Positions 29,633 through 39,029 of a stretch of DNA of 64,000 nucleotides are shown piece by piece (within the stretch, counting starts at the first letter, position 1; the number at the start of each line of letters is the position of its first letter). Source of the DNA: Betaproteobacteria bacterium (GTDB taxonomy: Bacteria; Pseudomonadota; Gammaproteobacteria; Burkholderiales; SG8-39); NCBI GenBank assembly GCA_947467435.1, contig CANIIA010000004.1, forward strand, positions 1,384 to 65,383. Direction: 5' to 3'. The notes beneath the pieces were generated by a model. The model was not told the origin of the DNA, did no database searches, and saw only the letters and a list, made by a program, of their open reading frames with translations. Both the position numbers and the translations under genes were made by a program.

Positions 29633-30325
29633 TTACCCTGGGCGCGCACTGATACGGTAACCGGATCCTCTCACGGTTTCGACCAAGCGATCATGTCCCG
29701 TGGGTTCGAGTGCTTTACGTAAACGTCGAATATGTACATCGACCGTACGTTCTTCGACAAACACATGGTCACCCCACACCCGATCGAGTAGCTGTACCCG
29801 GGTATGCACGCGCTCGGCATGGGTCATCAAAAAATGCAGTAAACGAAATTCAGTCGGACCAAGACTTAAGGGCTGGCCGTTACCAGACACACGATGGGTG
29901 GCTGGTTCGAGTCGTAGACCTCCCAGATCGACTGGATCATCGGTGGATTGTGGCGCACGACGGCGTAGCACCGCTTTAATTCGCGCCAATAACTCGCGCG
30001 GTGAAAACGGTTTAGTGACGTAATCATCCGCCCCCGCCTCGAGACCCAAAATCTTGTCTTGTTCGTCCGCGCGGGCTGTCAGCAAGATGATTGGAATGTC
30101 CTTGGTTCGTGCATCGCTACGTAGTTGTCGTGCGAGCGTGACACCAGACTGGCCTGGCAACATCCAGTCGATGAGCATCAGATCGGGCAAGGCCGCTTGC
30201 ACGACACGCAGCGCCGCATCGGCGTCGTTGGCGCGAATCACGTGATGACCGGCGTGCGCCAGATTTACCGCTACCAGTTCTTGAATCGCTGGCTCGTCTT
30301 CGACCACTAAAACAGTTATCGCCAC
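29633..30325 (-). CDS. phoB: Phosphate regulon response regulator PhoB (OmpR family)
   Basis: GTG start. Receiver VLVVEDEPAI...LMLIDWMLPG...TKP and winged helix RTVDVHIRRLRKAL. Confidence 0.9.
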   Translation of the reverse strand: MAITVLVVEDEPAIQELVAVNLAHAGHHVIRANDADAALRVVQAALPDLMLIDWMLPGQSGVTLARQLRSDARTKDIPIILLTARADEQDKILGLEAGADDYVTKPFSPRELLARIKAVLRRRAPQSTDDPVDLGGLRLEPATHRVSGNGQPLSLGPTEFRLLHFLMTHAERVHTRVQLLDRVWGDHVFVEERTVDVHIRRLRKALEPTGHDRLVETVRGSGYRISARPG

Positions 30326-30426
30326 GACAGGCTCACTCGAAAATGACCAATGTGTCGACTATAAGTCGTTTGCATGACGGTTTTGTTGCATTGGGACGCG
30401 CTGACCTCATATATCATCTGACAACA

Positions 30427-30840
30427 ATGAGTGATACCACGACCCCCGTTGAAATTAAACTGCATCAAAAATCGCGCATGCTAGAAATTGCTTTCGCGGA
30501 TGGTGCGCGCTTTTCTTTGCCGTATGAGTTTTTGCGTGTGCATTCTCCTTCGGCAGAGGTTCGCGGCCATGGTCCTGGCCAAGAGGTATTGCAAACCGGT
30601 AAGCGACATGTGGGCATCGTGTCGGTCGAGCCCGTTGGCTCTTATGCCCTACAGCCGACTTTCACCGACGGCCACGCCACCGGTATTTTTGCTTGGGACT
30701 ATTTGCGGCATCTAGGCGAAGACCAAAGCGCGCTGTGGACCGCGTACCTTGAAAAACTCGCAGCGAGCGGCGCCAGCCGAGATGCAGAGCAAGGACTAAC
30801 TTCGTTGATTCCGCCTGCGAATAAAGGTGGGTGCGTATGA
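30427..30840 (+). CDS. DUF971 (gamma-butyrobetaine hydroxylase N-terminal-like) protein
   Basis: Start trimmed to ATG 30427. [27 protein letters not shown] and [12 protein letters not shown] are typical of DUF971. Its stop overlaps the ubiE start. Confidence 0.7.
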   Translation: MSDTTTPVEIKLHQKSRMLEIAFADGARFSLPYEFLRVHSPSAEVRGHGPGQEVLQTGKRHVGIVSVEPVGSYALQPTFTDGHATGIFAWDYLRHLGEDQSALWTAYLEKLAASGASRDAEQGLTSLIPPANKGGCV

Positions 30841-31610
30841 GCTCTTCCGAACGCGCTGGCACCAAGCACGACCCACAGGCCAATACCGATTTTGGCTTTG
30901 CGTCGATTCCTGCGGCTGAAAAAGCGCAGCGCGTACGTGGCGTGTTTGATCGTGTTGCAAGTCGCTACGATGTCATGAACGATTTGATGTCCCTGGGCTT
31001 ACATCGCGCATGGAAAGCATTTGCGATTGCATTGTCTGGGGTGCGGCGAGGTGATCGCGTGCTCGATGTGGCGGCAGGTAGCGGCGATTTATCGCGTGCC
31101 TTTGCACAACGCGTCGGCCCCTCAGGGCAAGTGTGGGCGACCGACATTAACGGTGCGATGCTCAGCGTTGGACGCGATCGTTTGCTCGATGTCGGTGCAG
31201 TGTGTCCGGCGATTCAGTGCGATGCAGAACATCTGCCGTTTCCAAATGCCACCTTTGATTGCGTGAGTGTGGCGTTTGGTTTGCGCAACATGACGAATAA
31301 ATTGGACGCGCTTGCGGAAATGACCCGCGTATTACGCCCGGGCGGACGCTTATTGGTCTTGGAATTTTCCAAAGTTTGGAAGCCGCTTGAAAAACCCTAC
31401 GACGTGTACTCCTTCAAAGTGTTACCTTGGCTAGGTGAGCGCGTGGCCCAAGACGGTGAGGCGTACCGCTACTTAGCTGAGTCGATACGCATGCATCCGG
31501 ACCAAGACACACTAAAAAATATGATGGAACAAGTTGGGCTGTCGCAGGTCGAATACTTCAACCTGACCGCGGGAGTGGTTGCATTACATCGCGGCTATCG
31601 TTCGTTTTAA
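30837..31610 (+). CDS. ubiE: Ubiquinone/menaquinone biosynthesis C-methyltransferase
   Basis: ATG 30837 (ATGA overlap, AAGGTGG upstream). Motifs [32 protein letters not shown] and the SAM site [10 protein letters not shown]. Confidence 0.95.
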   Translation: MSSSERAGTKHDPQANTDFGFASIPAAEKAQRVRGVFDRVASRYDVMNDLMSLGLHRAWKAFAIALSGVRRGDRVLDVAAGSGDLSRAFAQRVGPSGQVWATDINGAMLSVGRDRLLDVGAVCPAIQCDAEHLPFPNATFDCVSVAFGLRNMTNKLDALAEMTRVLRPGGRLLVLEFSKVWKPLEKPYDVYSFKVLPWLGERVAQDGEAYRYLAESIRMHPDQDTLKNMMEQVGLSQVEYFNLTAGVVALHRGYRSF

Positions 31611-31624
31611 AAGGAGCAACTTTG

Positions 31625-32506
31625 ATGATGAAGCATTTATTTTCGATCGGCGCGTTGATCATTGGACTGACGCTGGTTGCCAGCCATGCCGATGCAGCGC
31701 GCGTGGGTGGTGGGCGCTCAACCGGTGCGCAGCGCAGCGCAGCCACGCCCTCAGCACAGCAACCGCCGGCACGACAAGCGCAGCCCGCCGCACCGGCCGC
31801 AACGCCGGCAGCGCCTGCGCCCGCGCCTGCTTCAGGTTGGTCGCGTTGGGCCCCGATGCTGGGCGGCTTGGCGATTGGCGGTTTACTCGGATCAATGTTT
31901 GCCGGTGGCGGCGGACTGGGTGGTGGCTTAGGAAGTATTTTGATGATGGCGTTATTGGGCGTTGCCGTGGTGTTCTTGGTGCGCATGTTCATGTCACGCC
32001 AACGCACGGAACCGTTGCCAGCGGGTGCGCAATCGATGTCGTATCAGTCGATGGGTCACGAAACGGTAGCCGCGCCTCCCCCTTCACAGGCTGCGGGGTT
32101 TGATGCACCGATGCCGACCCGCGGCCCCAACGTTCCCGCAGGATTTGATGTGACTGGATTCGTGCGTCAAGCCAAGCTTTCTTATATTCGGATGCAAGTG
32201 GCCAACGATGCGGGCAAGCTCGAAGAGTTACGCGAAATGAGCACGCCAGATATGTATGCCGCGTTGAAAGCCGATGTCGAACAACGTGCCGGTCAAGCGC
32301 AAACCACCGACGTGGTGACGCTCGAAGCAGACTTACTTGAGGTGGTGACCGAAGGCAACATGCATTGGGCCAGTGTGCGGTTTTCGGGCTTCATCCGCGA
32401 AGTCCCAGGCCAAGCTCCAGTGAGCTTTGAAGAGGTTTGGAATCTGTCCAAGCCCGTCGATGGCTCAACCGGCTGGTTGCTGGCGGGGATTCAACAACCG
32501 CACTAA
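31625..32506 (+). CDS. Tim44-like domain protein with signal/anchor and Ala/Pro/Gly-rich linker
   Basis: AAGGAG RBS and an N-terminal hydrophobic segment, followed by a low-complexity region and a Gly-rich TM. The C-terminal domain FVRQAKLSYIRMQVANDAGKLEELREMSTPDMY...WNLSKP matches the Tim44-like fold family. Confidence 0.7.
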   Translation: MMKHLFSIGALIIGLTLVASHADAARVGGGRSTGAQRSAATPSAQQPPARQAQPAAPAATPAAPAPAPASGWSRWAPMLGGLAIGGLLGSMFAGGGGLGGGLGSILMMALLGVAVVFLVRMFMSRQRTEPLPAGAQSMSYQSMGHETVAAPPPSQAAGFDAPMPTRGPNVPAGFDVTGFVRQAKLSYIRMQVANDAGKLEELREMSTPDMYAALKADVEQRAGQAQTTDVVTLEADLLEVVTEGNMHWASVRFSGFIREVPGQAPVSFEEVWNLSKPVDGSTGWLLAGIQQPH

Positions 32507-32560
32507 GCGGCTGGATTGAGACAAACGTCGTTCGCAGCGCGCGAGAGCCTGCGATAATTA

Positions 32561-32592
32561 CAAGGCCGCCGTCAGGCGGCCTTGTTGTTTGT
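32561..32592 (+). terminator. Intrinsic terminator-like hairpin between the Tim44-like gene and ubiJ
   Basis: Perfect 10-bp GC-rich stem caaggccgcc / ggcggccttg with loop gtca, followed by ttgtttgt. Confidence 0.7.
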
Positions 32593-32681
32593 ACCCGGAC
32601 CGATGTTTGCCCCGATGTTGGCAACCGGTTTTATTTCTGTTCGTACGCAGTCCATCACCAAGAGAGTGACGCAACCTCAAT

Positions 32682-33251
32682 ATGATCGAGCCCGCGCTTG
32701 CTGCTGCACTCAACCATCTGCTGGATCGCGAGCCTTGGGCGAGAGAGCGCTTACAGCCGTTTGTTGGTGACGTATTAGAAGTACGTGCAGCACCATTTCC
32801 TACGCTGCGCTTAGCGATTGCTGAAAACACACGCATCGCGGCAGCAACGCCCACTTTGTCTGCCACGTTAGTCCTCACACTCAAACCCGGTTTTGCTGCT
32901 GCTTTAATGCAAAGTGAAGCGCAACAAATGCGCACGGTCGACATTGCTGGAAACGCACAACTAGCCAGCACGTTGCTTTATTTGGCGCGTCATCTGCGCT
33001 GGGATGTAGAAGAAGATCTGTCGAAAATAGTTGGCGATATGGCCGCACACCGTATGGTCAATACCGCACGTGCGTTATTTGACTGGCATCGGCAAACCGC
33101 GCAACGCTTCATCCAAGACAGTACCGATTGGGTGGTCGAAGAAAAACGCTGGATCATTTCGAGACAAGAATTTTCTCGCTTTGCCAGTGACGTAACCCAG
33201 TTGCGCGATGCACTTGCTCGACTCGAAGCTAGATTGGCGCGCCACACATGA
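32682..33251 (+). CDS. ubiJ: Ubiquinone biosynthesis accessory factor UbiJ (SCP2 domain)
   Basis: 189 aa with an N-terminal [20 protein letters not shown] pattern. Located immediately upstream of ubiB. Confidence 0.7.
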   Translation: MIEPALAAALNHLLDREPWARERLQPFVGDVLEVRAAPFPTLRLAIAENTRIAAATPTLSATLVLTLKPGFAAALMQSEAQQMRTVDIAGNAQLASTLLYLARHLRWDVEEDLSKIVGDMAAHRMVNTARALFDWHRQTAQRFIQDSTDWVVEEKRWIISRQEFSRFASDVTQLRDALARLEARLARHT

Positions 33252-33264
33252 GCGGCCCAGACCA

Positions 33265-34800
33265 ATGAGCCGCCTGTTACGTTTACTCCGCATCGTTGCG
33301 ACCGCGCGACGCTTTGGATTACAAGAATTTTTACCGGCGGGACGTGCGCGATGGCTTTTGCAATGCGTGTCTCTTGCGCCATCCAATGTCGCGCGCGGCG
33401 TGCGATTAAGGGCAGCCCTTGAAGCGTTAGGGCCGATCTTTGTGAAGTTCGGGCAAATGCTCTCAACACGCCGCGATTTATTGCCCACCGATTTGGCCGA
33501 TGCGTTGGCGCGTTTACAAGACCAAGTGCCGCCGTTTGAATCCGCGTTGGCAATTGCACAAATCGAATCCAGCCTGAATCAAAACATCGACGCGGTATTT
33601 TCAACCTTAGAACACACACCGGTGGCGAGCGCCTCGATTGCGCAAGTGCATTTAGGGGTATTGGTCGATGGCCGCGAAGTCGCCGTCAAGGTATTACGCC
33701 CAGGCGTTGAGCAAGCCATTGCACGTGACGTTGCTTTACTCGAAACCGCTGCGTGGTTACTCGAGCATCTGTGGCAAGACGGGCGGCGATTACGTCCGCG
33801 CGAAGTCGTCGCAGAATTTGCGAAGCATCTTGAAGATGAACTCGACTTAATGCGTGAAGCCGCCAATGCGAGTCAGTTGCGGCGTAACTTTAAAGACGCA
33901 AATAATTTGCTCGTGCCCGAAGTGTATTGGGATTGGTGTTCGCAGCGGGTGATGGTGATGGAACGCATGCGTGGAGTGCCGGTGTCACAGGTGCAGCGTT
34001 TACGTGACCATGGTGTGGATTTGTCGGCGTTGGCTCGTGCTGGCGTAGAGATTTTTTTCACGCAAGTCTTTCGCGACGGGTTTTTTCATGCCGACATGCA
34101 TCCTGGAAATATTTTTGTGGCGGTCGATGGTGAACAAACTGGCCGTTATATTGCGCTCGACTTTGGCATCATGGGTACGCTCACCAGCACAGATAAAAAC
34201 TACCTCGCACAAAATTTTCTGGCCTTTTTTAATCGCGATTACACACGCGTTGCTCAAGCCCATTTAGATGCTGGTTGGGTTCCGCCAGGCACGCGTATCG
34301 ATGAGTTTGAGGCGGCGATCCGCGCAGTGTGCGAGCCGATTTTTGCGCGCCCGCTCAAAGATATTTATTTTGGACGGTTGTTGCTGCGCTTATTCCAGAC
34401 CTCGCGTCGTTTTAACGTCGAGATCCAGCCGCAACTCGTGCTACTACAAAAAACTTTACTCAACATCGAAGGCTTAGGTCGGGAGCTTGATCCGGAATTG
34501 GATTTATGGAAAACCGCCAAGCCCTATTTAGAGCGTTGGACGCGTGATCAGATTGGCTGGCAAGGCGTGTGGCGCAACCTTAAAGACGAAGCGCCATACT
34601 GGGCTTCAAGTTTGCCGCAACTGCCACGCTTAGTGCATCGCTTGGTGGCAGAAAATCACGCCGAAAAAATGCAACTTGCGGCGGCGGCTTTACATGCGCA
34701 AGGCGAGCGTCGCAATCGCTGGATCGCCGCCTTGGTGATTCTGTTGGGCTTGTGGCTGATTGCGCAGGTGGTCGTGTTGGTCGCGTTGGTGTGGTACTGA
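33265..34800 (+). CDS. ubiB: Ubiquinone biosynthesis regulatory protein kinase UbiB
   Basis: Start trimmed to ATG 33265 ([11 protein letters not shown]). ABC1/UbiB motifs [26 protein letters not shown] and [10 protein letters not shown], with C-terminal TM helices. Confidence 0.95.
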   Translation: MSRLLRLLRIVATARRFGLQEFLPAGRARWLLQCVSLAPSNVARGVRLRAALEALGPIFVKFGQMLSTRRDLLPTDLADALARLQDQVPPFESALAIAQIESSLNQNIDAVFSTLEHTPVASASIAQVHLGVLVDGREVAVKVLRPGVEQAIARDVALLETAAWLLEHLWQDGRRLRPREVVAEFAKHLEDELDLMREAANASQLRRNFKDANNLLVPEVYWDWCSQRVMVMERMRGVPVSQVQRLRDHGVDLSALARAGVEIFFTQVFRDGFFHADMHPGNIFVAVDGEQTGRYIALDFGIMGTLTSTDKNYLAQNFLAFFNRDYTRVAQAHLDAGWVPPGTRIDEFEAAIRAVCEPIFARPLKDIYFGRLLLRLFQTSRRFNVEIQPQLVLLQKTLLNIEGLGRELDPELDLWKTAKPYLERWTRDQIGWQGVWRNLKDEAPYWASSLPQLPRLVHRLVAENHAEKMQLAAAALHAQGERRNRWIAALVILLGLWLIAQVVVLVALVWY

Positions 34801-34812
34801 GGCGCGCAAGCC

Positions 34813-35889
34813 TTGTTACGTATTCCATCACGATTTGCGCGCTACCTTTGGTTGAGCTACACCGCACTGATTGTGCATGCCTCGCTGTACCCCTTCGCGC
34901 AATGGCGCGATCACGGTGGCTCCGCATTTGATTATCTGAGCGCGGCTTGGCCACGCTACATCACGGCATTTGATGTCATTGTGAATGTGCTTGGGTATAT
35001 GCCATTTGGCCTACTGGCCGTGTTGAGTTTGTATCCACGCTGGCGTGGTTGGTGGGCGCTGTGTAGCGCCGTCATGGGTGGTTTAGTTTTAAGCATCTCG
35101 TTAGAAGCGCTGCAAAGTTTTTTGTCAGCACGCATTGCTTCGAACTTAGATGTGTTGTGTAACGGTCTGGGTGTGTTGCTGGGCGCATTGCTTGGGTTGG
35201 CGAGTGCGCCGTGGTTATTAGACCGCAGCGCGTTACAACGGGCGCGTCGTCATTGGGTGTGGGCGGGTGCGCACGCCGATGCTGGTTTAGCGTTGCTGGC
35301 ACTGTGGTTATTTACGCAGCTTGATCCGTCTGGATTGTTGTTTGGTACTGGCGATTTACGCGACTTGTTTAGCACGCCGCCGAGTGAAGCGTATCCGGCC
35401 GATCTGTTTGTACGTATTGAGGCGAGTATTACGGCGTGCAATGTGTTGGCCTTGGGATTGGCGGCCTCATTACTCAGCACTGCGCAAGCGCCCACACGTC
35501 GCTTGGTGCTGGTGTTGGTGGTGAGTGGGTTGGTCGTGAAAACCACGGCGTTTGCGATTTTGCGCGAGGCGCATGAAGTGTTGGAGTGGCTGACGCCGGG
35601 CGCGTTATTTGGTTTGGCTTGCGGCGTGCCGCTATTGCTGGTGTTGGTTAGCTTGCCGCGTGGTGTTCGCTTGGCGCTTGCTGCGTTGGCGCTGATGGCC
35701 GCGACGGCGTTGGTGAATCTCGCGCCGCCCAATCCGTACTTGGTCAATACATTACGCGTCTGGTCGCAGGGGCATTTTTTAAACTTCAATGGACTCACGC
35801 ATATCGTTGCAGCGCTTTGGCCATTTTTGGCGCTGCTGTGGCTGATGTTGCCAGCGCAGCGTGAGAGCTCGCGTAGAATGATGTCATGA
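34813..35889 (+). CDS. VanZ-like family membrane protein (extended, multi-TM)
   Basis: TTG start 12 nt after the ubiB stop. The N-terminal region (LIVHASLYPF...NVLGYMPFG...SLEALQSF) resembles the VanZ family and is followed by additional TM helices. Confidence 0.55.
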   Translation: MLRIPSRFARYLWLSYTALIVHASLYPFAQWRDHGGSAFDYLSAAWPRYITAFDVIVNVLGYMPFGLLAVLSLYPRWRGWWALCSAVMGGLVLSISLEALQSFLSARIASNLDVLCNGLGVLLGALLGLASAPWLLDRSALQRARRHWVWAGAHADAGLALLALWLFTQLDPSGLLFGTGDLRDLFSTPPSEAYPADLFVRIEASITACNVLALGLAASLLSTAQAPTRRLVLVLVVSGLVVKTTAFAILREAHEVLEWLTPGALFGLACGVPLLLVLVSLPRGVRLALAALALMAATALVNLAPPNPYLVNTLRVWSQGHFLNFNGLTHIVAALWPFLALLWLMLPAQRESSRRMMS

Positions 35890-36194
35890 GCTACTTTCAA
35901 CGACATGTATTTTTTTGCTGTAACCAACGCGAAGATGGGCGAGAAAGTTGCGCGCCACATGGTGCCGCAACGCTACGCGACTACGCGAAATCTCGGGTCA
36001 AGGCCTTGGGTTTATCAGGAGCGGGACAGGTACGCATTAACCAAGCTGGCTGCTTAGATCGCTGTGCGCTTGGTCCGGTGATGGTGGTTTATCCCGAGGC
36101 CGTTTGGTACACCTATGTTGATCAAAGTGATGTCGATGAAATCATCGACGCACACTTGCAGCACGGCCGAGTCGTCGAGCGACTCAAAATATAA
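35886..36194 (+). CDS. Thioredoxin-like [2Fe-2S] ferredoxin domain protein
   Basis: 102 aa with an ATGA overlap with the upstream gene. Cys pattern HVFFCCNQR...C...GCLDRCALGPV is typical of this family. Confidence 0.75.
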   Translation: MSYFQRHVFFCCNQREDGRESCAPHGAATLRDYAKSRVKALGLSGAGQVRINQAGCLDRCALGPVMVVYPEAVWYTYVDQSDVDEIIDAHLQHGRVVERLKI

Positions 36195-36202
36195 CGCCCA
36201 AC

Positions 36203-36844
36203 ATGCGTCCGGGAACCCAACGCGAATCGATCGAAGGTGTGGTCGGGCGGATTGAATGCGCCATCGATCAGCCTGCACAGTTGGATAACGCGTGCGGTTT
36301 GGCCTTGGTTGCGCATCCGCATCCATTGTTTGGCGGGACGCTCGACAATAAAGTCGTGCAAACCTTAGCTAAATGTTTTGTTGATCTAGGATTTGTCGCA
36401 CTGCGCCCAAATTTTCGTGGTGTTGGTGCAACCGAAGGCACACACGATGAAGGTCGAGAAGAGGTGGATGATCTATTGTGTGTGCTAGATTGGGCGAGCC
36501 ATCAATTTGGCGCGCGACTCGCGCAGACAACGGTGTTGGCCGGTTTTTCTTTTGGCGCGTTTGTACAGTCGCATGTGGCGCAGCGTTTGATGCAACAGCA
36601 AAAACCAGCGCAGCGTTTGGTTTTGATTGGTACCGCTGCCAAGCGCTTCAACGTTGTGGATGTTCCTGCCGATACCTTGGTGATTCATGGCGAATGCGAT
36701 GAGACGGTACCACTCAACCATGTGCTTGATTGGGCGCGTCCGCAAGAATTACCCGTGGTGGTGATTCCTGGTGCCGATCATTTTTTTCATGGGCGGCTAC
36801 ATCAAATTCGCGACATTGTACGCAGACACTGGTTCAGCACGTGA
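36203..36844 (+). CDS. Alpha/beta hydrolase (COG2945-like)
   Basis: 213 aa with [17 protein letters not shown] and a nucleophile elbow AGFSFGA. Confidence 0.7.
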   Translation: MRPGTQRESIEGVVGRIECAIDQPAQLDNACGLALVAHPHPLFGGTLDNKVVQTLAKCFVDLGFVALRPNFRGVGATEGTHDEGREEVDDLLCVLDWASHQFGARLAQTTVLAGFSFGAFVQSHVAQRLMQQQKPAQRLVLIGTAAKRFNVVDVPADTLVIHGECDETVPLNHVLDWARPQELPVVVIPGADHFFHGRLHQIRDIVRRHWFST

Positions 36845-37758
36845 ACACAAAGACGGTGCTTCGCGTCAACGGGTTACGTAAACGCTATGGCGAGCGCGAT
36901 GTGCTCGATGGCGTTGATTTAGAAATTGCCCAAGGCGAGTGCTTTGGCTTGCTCGGACCGAACGGCGCTGGCAAAACCACCACCCTACGCTTAGTGCTAG
37001 GACAAACCGCACCCGATGCAGGCACGATCACCTTACTAGAAGAGCCCGTGCCAGAACGTGCACGTGAAGCGCGACAGCGTATTGGAGTGGTGCCACAGTT
37101 TGATAACCTCGATCCAGATTTCACGGTCGAAGAAAACCTGCTGGTCTATGGACGTTACTTTGGCTTAACCCAAGGTGAGATTGCCGCGCGTATTCCAGCG
37201 CTGATGGCGTTTGCAGGACTCACGGGTCGTGAACATGCGCGCTTGAATGAACTGTCGGGTGGCATGAAACGTCGTCTCACGTTGGTCCGTGCCCTTGTGC
37301 ATGATCCAGAGGTGGTGTTCATGGACGAACCCACCACAGGACTCGATCCGCAAGCGCGGCATTTAATTTGGGAGCGTTTAAAGCGCCTCAAAAGCGAAGG
37401 TAAAACGCTAATTCTGACCACGCACTTTATGGAAGAAGCCGAACGATTATGTACGCGGCTAGCCATCATGGATCATGGTCGAATCATCGCGCAGGGCGCA
37501 CCACGCGAACTCATCGCTGAACACATTGAAGCGCAGGTCATTGAAGTGCATGGTCCGGGTGTTGAAGCGTGGCTAGATGCCGCTAAAGGCATGGCTGCAC
37601 GTGTTGAATTTGCCGGAGAAACTGCTTTTTGTTACGTCATCAACGAGCAACCGTTGCTCGAGAGCTTACGTGCCCAACCACAATTGGTTTACTTACATCG
37701 CCCAGCAAATTTAGAAGACTTATTTCTAAAGCTCACGGGCCGTGACCTACGCGACTGA
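36841..37758 (+). CDS. ABC transporter ATP-binding protein, NodI-like (ABC-2 exporter)
   Basis: Start trimmed to GTG 36841 (GTGA overlap with the hydrolase stop). Walker [10 protein letters not shown], signature LSGGMKRR and Walker B VVFMDEP. Confidence 0.85.
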   Translation: MNTKTVLRVNGLRKRYGERDVLDGVDLEIAQGECFGLLGPNGAGKTTTLRLVLGQTAPDAGTITLLEEPVPERAREARQRIGVVPQFDNLDPDFTVEENLLVYGRYFGLTQGEIAARIPALMAFAGLTGREHARLNELSGGMKRRLTLVRALVHDPEVVFMDEPTTGLDPQARHLIWERLKRLKSEGKTLILTTHFMEEAERLCTRLAIMDHGRIIAQGAPRELIAEHIEAQVIEVHGPGVEAWLDAAKGMAARVEFAGETAFCYVINEQPLLESLRAQPQLVYLHRPANLEDLFLKLTGRDLRD

Positions 37759-37768
37759 CACCAGGCGT

Positions 37769-38545
37769 ATGCGAATGATTCGACCTACTATTTCGCGCCG
37801 TTGGATTTACGTTTGGCAACGCAACTTAGGGGTGTGGCGCAAGCTGGCCATTCCGTCGGTGTTGGGAAACCTTGCTGATCCAATGATTGGACTGTTGGGC
37901 TTAGGCTATGGATTGGGTGCGATGTTGCCCGCAGTCGCCGGTGGACCCTACGTGGCGTTTCTTGCCGCCGGGATGGTCGCATCGAGCACCATGTATTCGG
38001 CGTCATTTGAAGCCATGTACTCCGCGTTTTCGCGGTTACAACATCAAAAAACTTGGGAAGCGATTTTGAACGCCCCGCTGACTATCGACGATGTGATTCT
38101 TGGAGAATTAATTTGGGCCGGCAGCAAAGCGATGTTGTCCGGTACGGCCATGCTAGGTGTGGCCGCTGCGTTAGGTTTAGTGGCTTCGCCGATGGCAATG
38201 GGTGCGTTACCTGTCGTGGTGTTGTTGGGATTGACCTTTGCAGCCATCGGTTTAGTGTGGACCGCACTCGCCACGGGCTATGATTTTTTTATGTATTACT
38301 TCACCCTGGTGATGACCCCGATGGGATTTTTGTCGGGGGTGTTTTTTCCGGTTGAACGCTTACCCGAGGCCTTGCAACTGCTGGCCTATACCTTGCCGCT
38401 TTACCATGGCGTTGCCTTAATACGGCCCTTACTGGCTGGGCAAGTTCCCACACAGATCGTCCTGCATGGATTGGTACTCGTTCTGTATATCGTGATCGGA
38501 TTTTGTTTATCACTGCACCTAGCGCGTCGCCGCATCATGCGTTAA
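37769..38545 (+). CDS. ABC-2 type transporter permease, NodJ-like
   Basis: Start trimmed to ATG 37769. Six hydrophobic helices typical of the ABC-2 membrane domain. Directly follows the NodI-like ATPase. Confidence 0.8.
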   Translation: MRMIRPTISRRWIYVWQRNLGVWRKLAIPSVLGNLADPMIGLLGLGYGLGAMLPAVAGGPYVAFLAAGMVASSTMYSASFEAMYSAFSRLQHQKTWEAILNAPLTIDDVILGELIWAGSKAMLSGTAMLGVAAALGLVASPMAMGALPVVVLLGLTFAAIGLVWTALATGYDFFMYYFTLVMTPMGFLSGVFFPVERLPEALQLLAYTLPLYHGVALIRPLLAGQVPTQIVLHGLVLVLYIVIGFCLSLHLARRRIMR

Positions 38546-38615
38546 GTAACCCCACGCACCTTGCATGAAATGCGCGACGCACGTTAGGACGCCGTAAAAA
38601 CAAGAGGAGCTGAAG

Positions 38616-39029
38616 ATGTTGTGGTTAAAAGCGTTGCACATCATCTTTATGGTGACGTGGTTTGCAGGCTTATTTTATTTGCCGCGTTTGTTTGTATATC
38701 ACGCGCAAAGTGACGATCACGTGTCTTGCGAGCGTTTCAAGATCATGGAGCGAAAACTATTCTGGGGCATCATGACCCCAGGTGCGTTGCTCACACTCGT
38801 CTCTGGATGTTGGCTGTGGCTCGGCTACGGTTTTTCTGGTCAATGGTTAAATCTAAAGTTAGGCTGCGTTGCAATATTATTGGCGTATCACGTATGGTGT
38901 GGTGTGTTACTACGTGACTTTAAGCATGATCGCAACGCGCATACTCATGTGTGGTATCGATGGTTTAATGAATTTCCCGTCTTGATTTTGTTTGCCGTGG
39001 TGATCCTCGTTGTCGTCAAACCTTTCTAA
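38616..39029 (+). CDS. hemJ: Protoporphyrinogen IX oxidase HemJ (UPF0093 family)
   Basis: 137 aa with a GAGGAG RBS. WLKALHIIFMVTWFAGLFYLPRLFVYH and four TM helices. Confidence 0.8.
   Translation: MLWLKALHIIFMVTWFAGLFYLPRLFVYHAQSDDHVSCERFKIMERKLFWGIMTPGALLTLVSGCWLWLGYGFSGQWLNLKLGCVAILLAYHVWCGVLLRDFKHDRNAHTHVWYRWFNEFPVLILFAVVILVVVKPF

Noticed and set aside
30341-30380. Possible Pho box upstream of phoB (minus strand CCGTCAT-gcaa-ACGACTT-atag-TCGACAC)
   Set aside because: Only the first heptad resembles the CTGTCAT consensus (6/7); the others match 3/7. The spacing to a plausible -10 and to the GTG start is awkward. phoB autoregulation is likely on general grounds, but this site is not supported well enough to annotate.
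35250-35960. 236-aa ORF antisense to the VanZ-like gene. Similar long antisense or off-frame ORFs occur at 32990-33619, 24062-24667, 55848-56321, 31558-32007 and 31579-32103.
   Set aside because: No recognisable domains and biased composition. Each overlaps a better-supported sense gene; those in 31.5-32.1 kb are generated by the Ala/Pro/Gly-rich low-complexity region of the Tim44-like gene.
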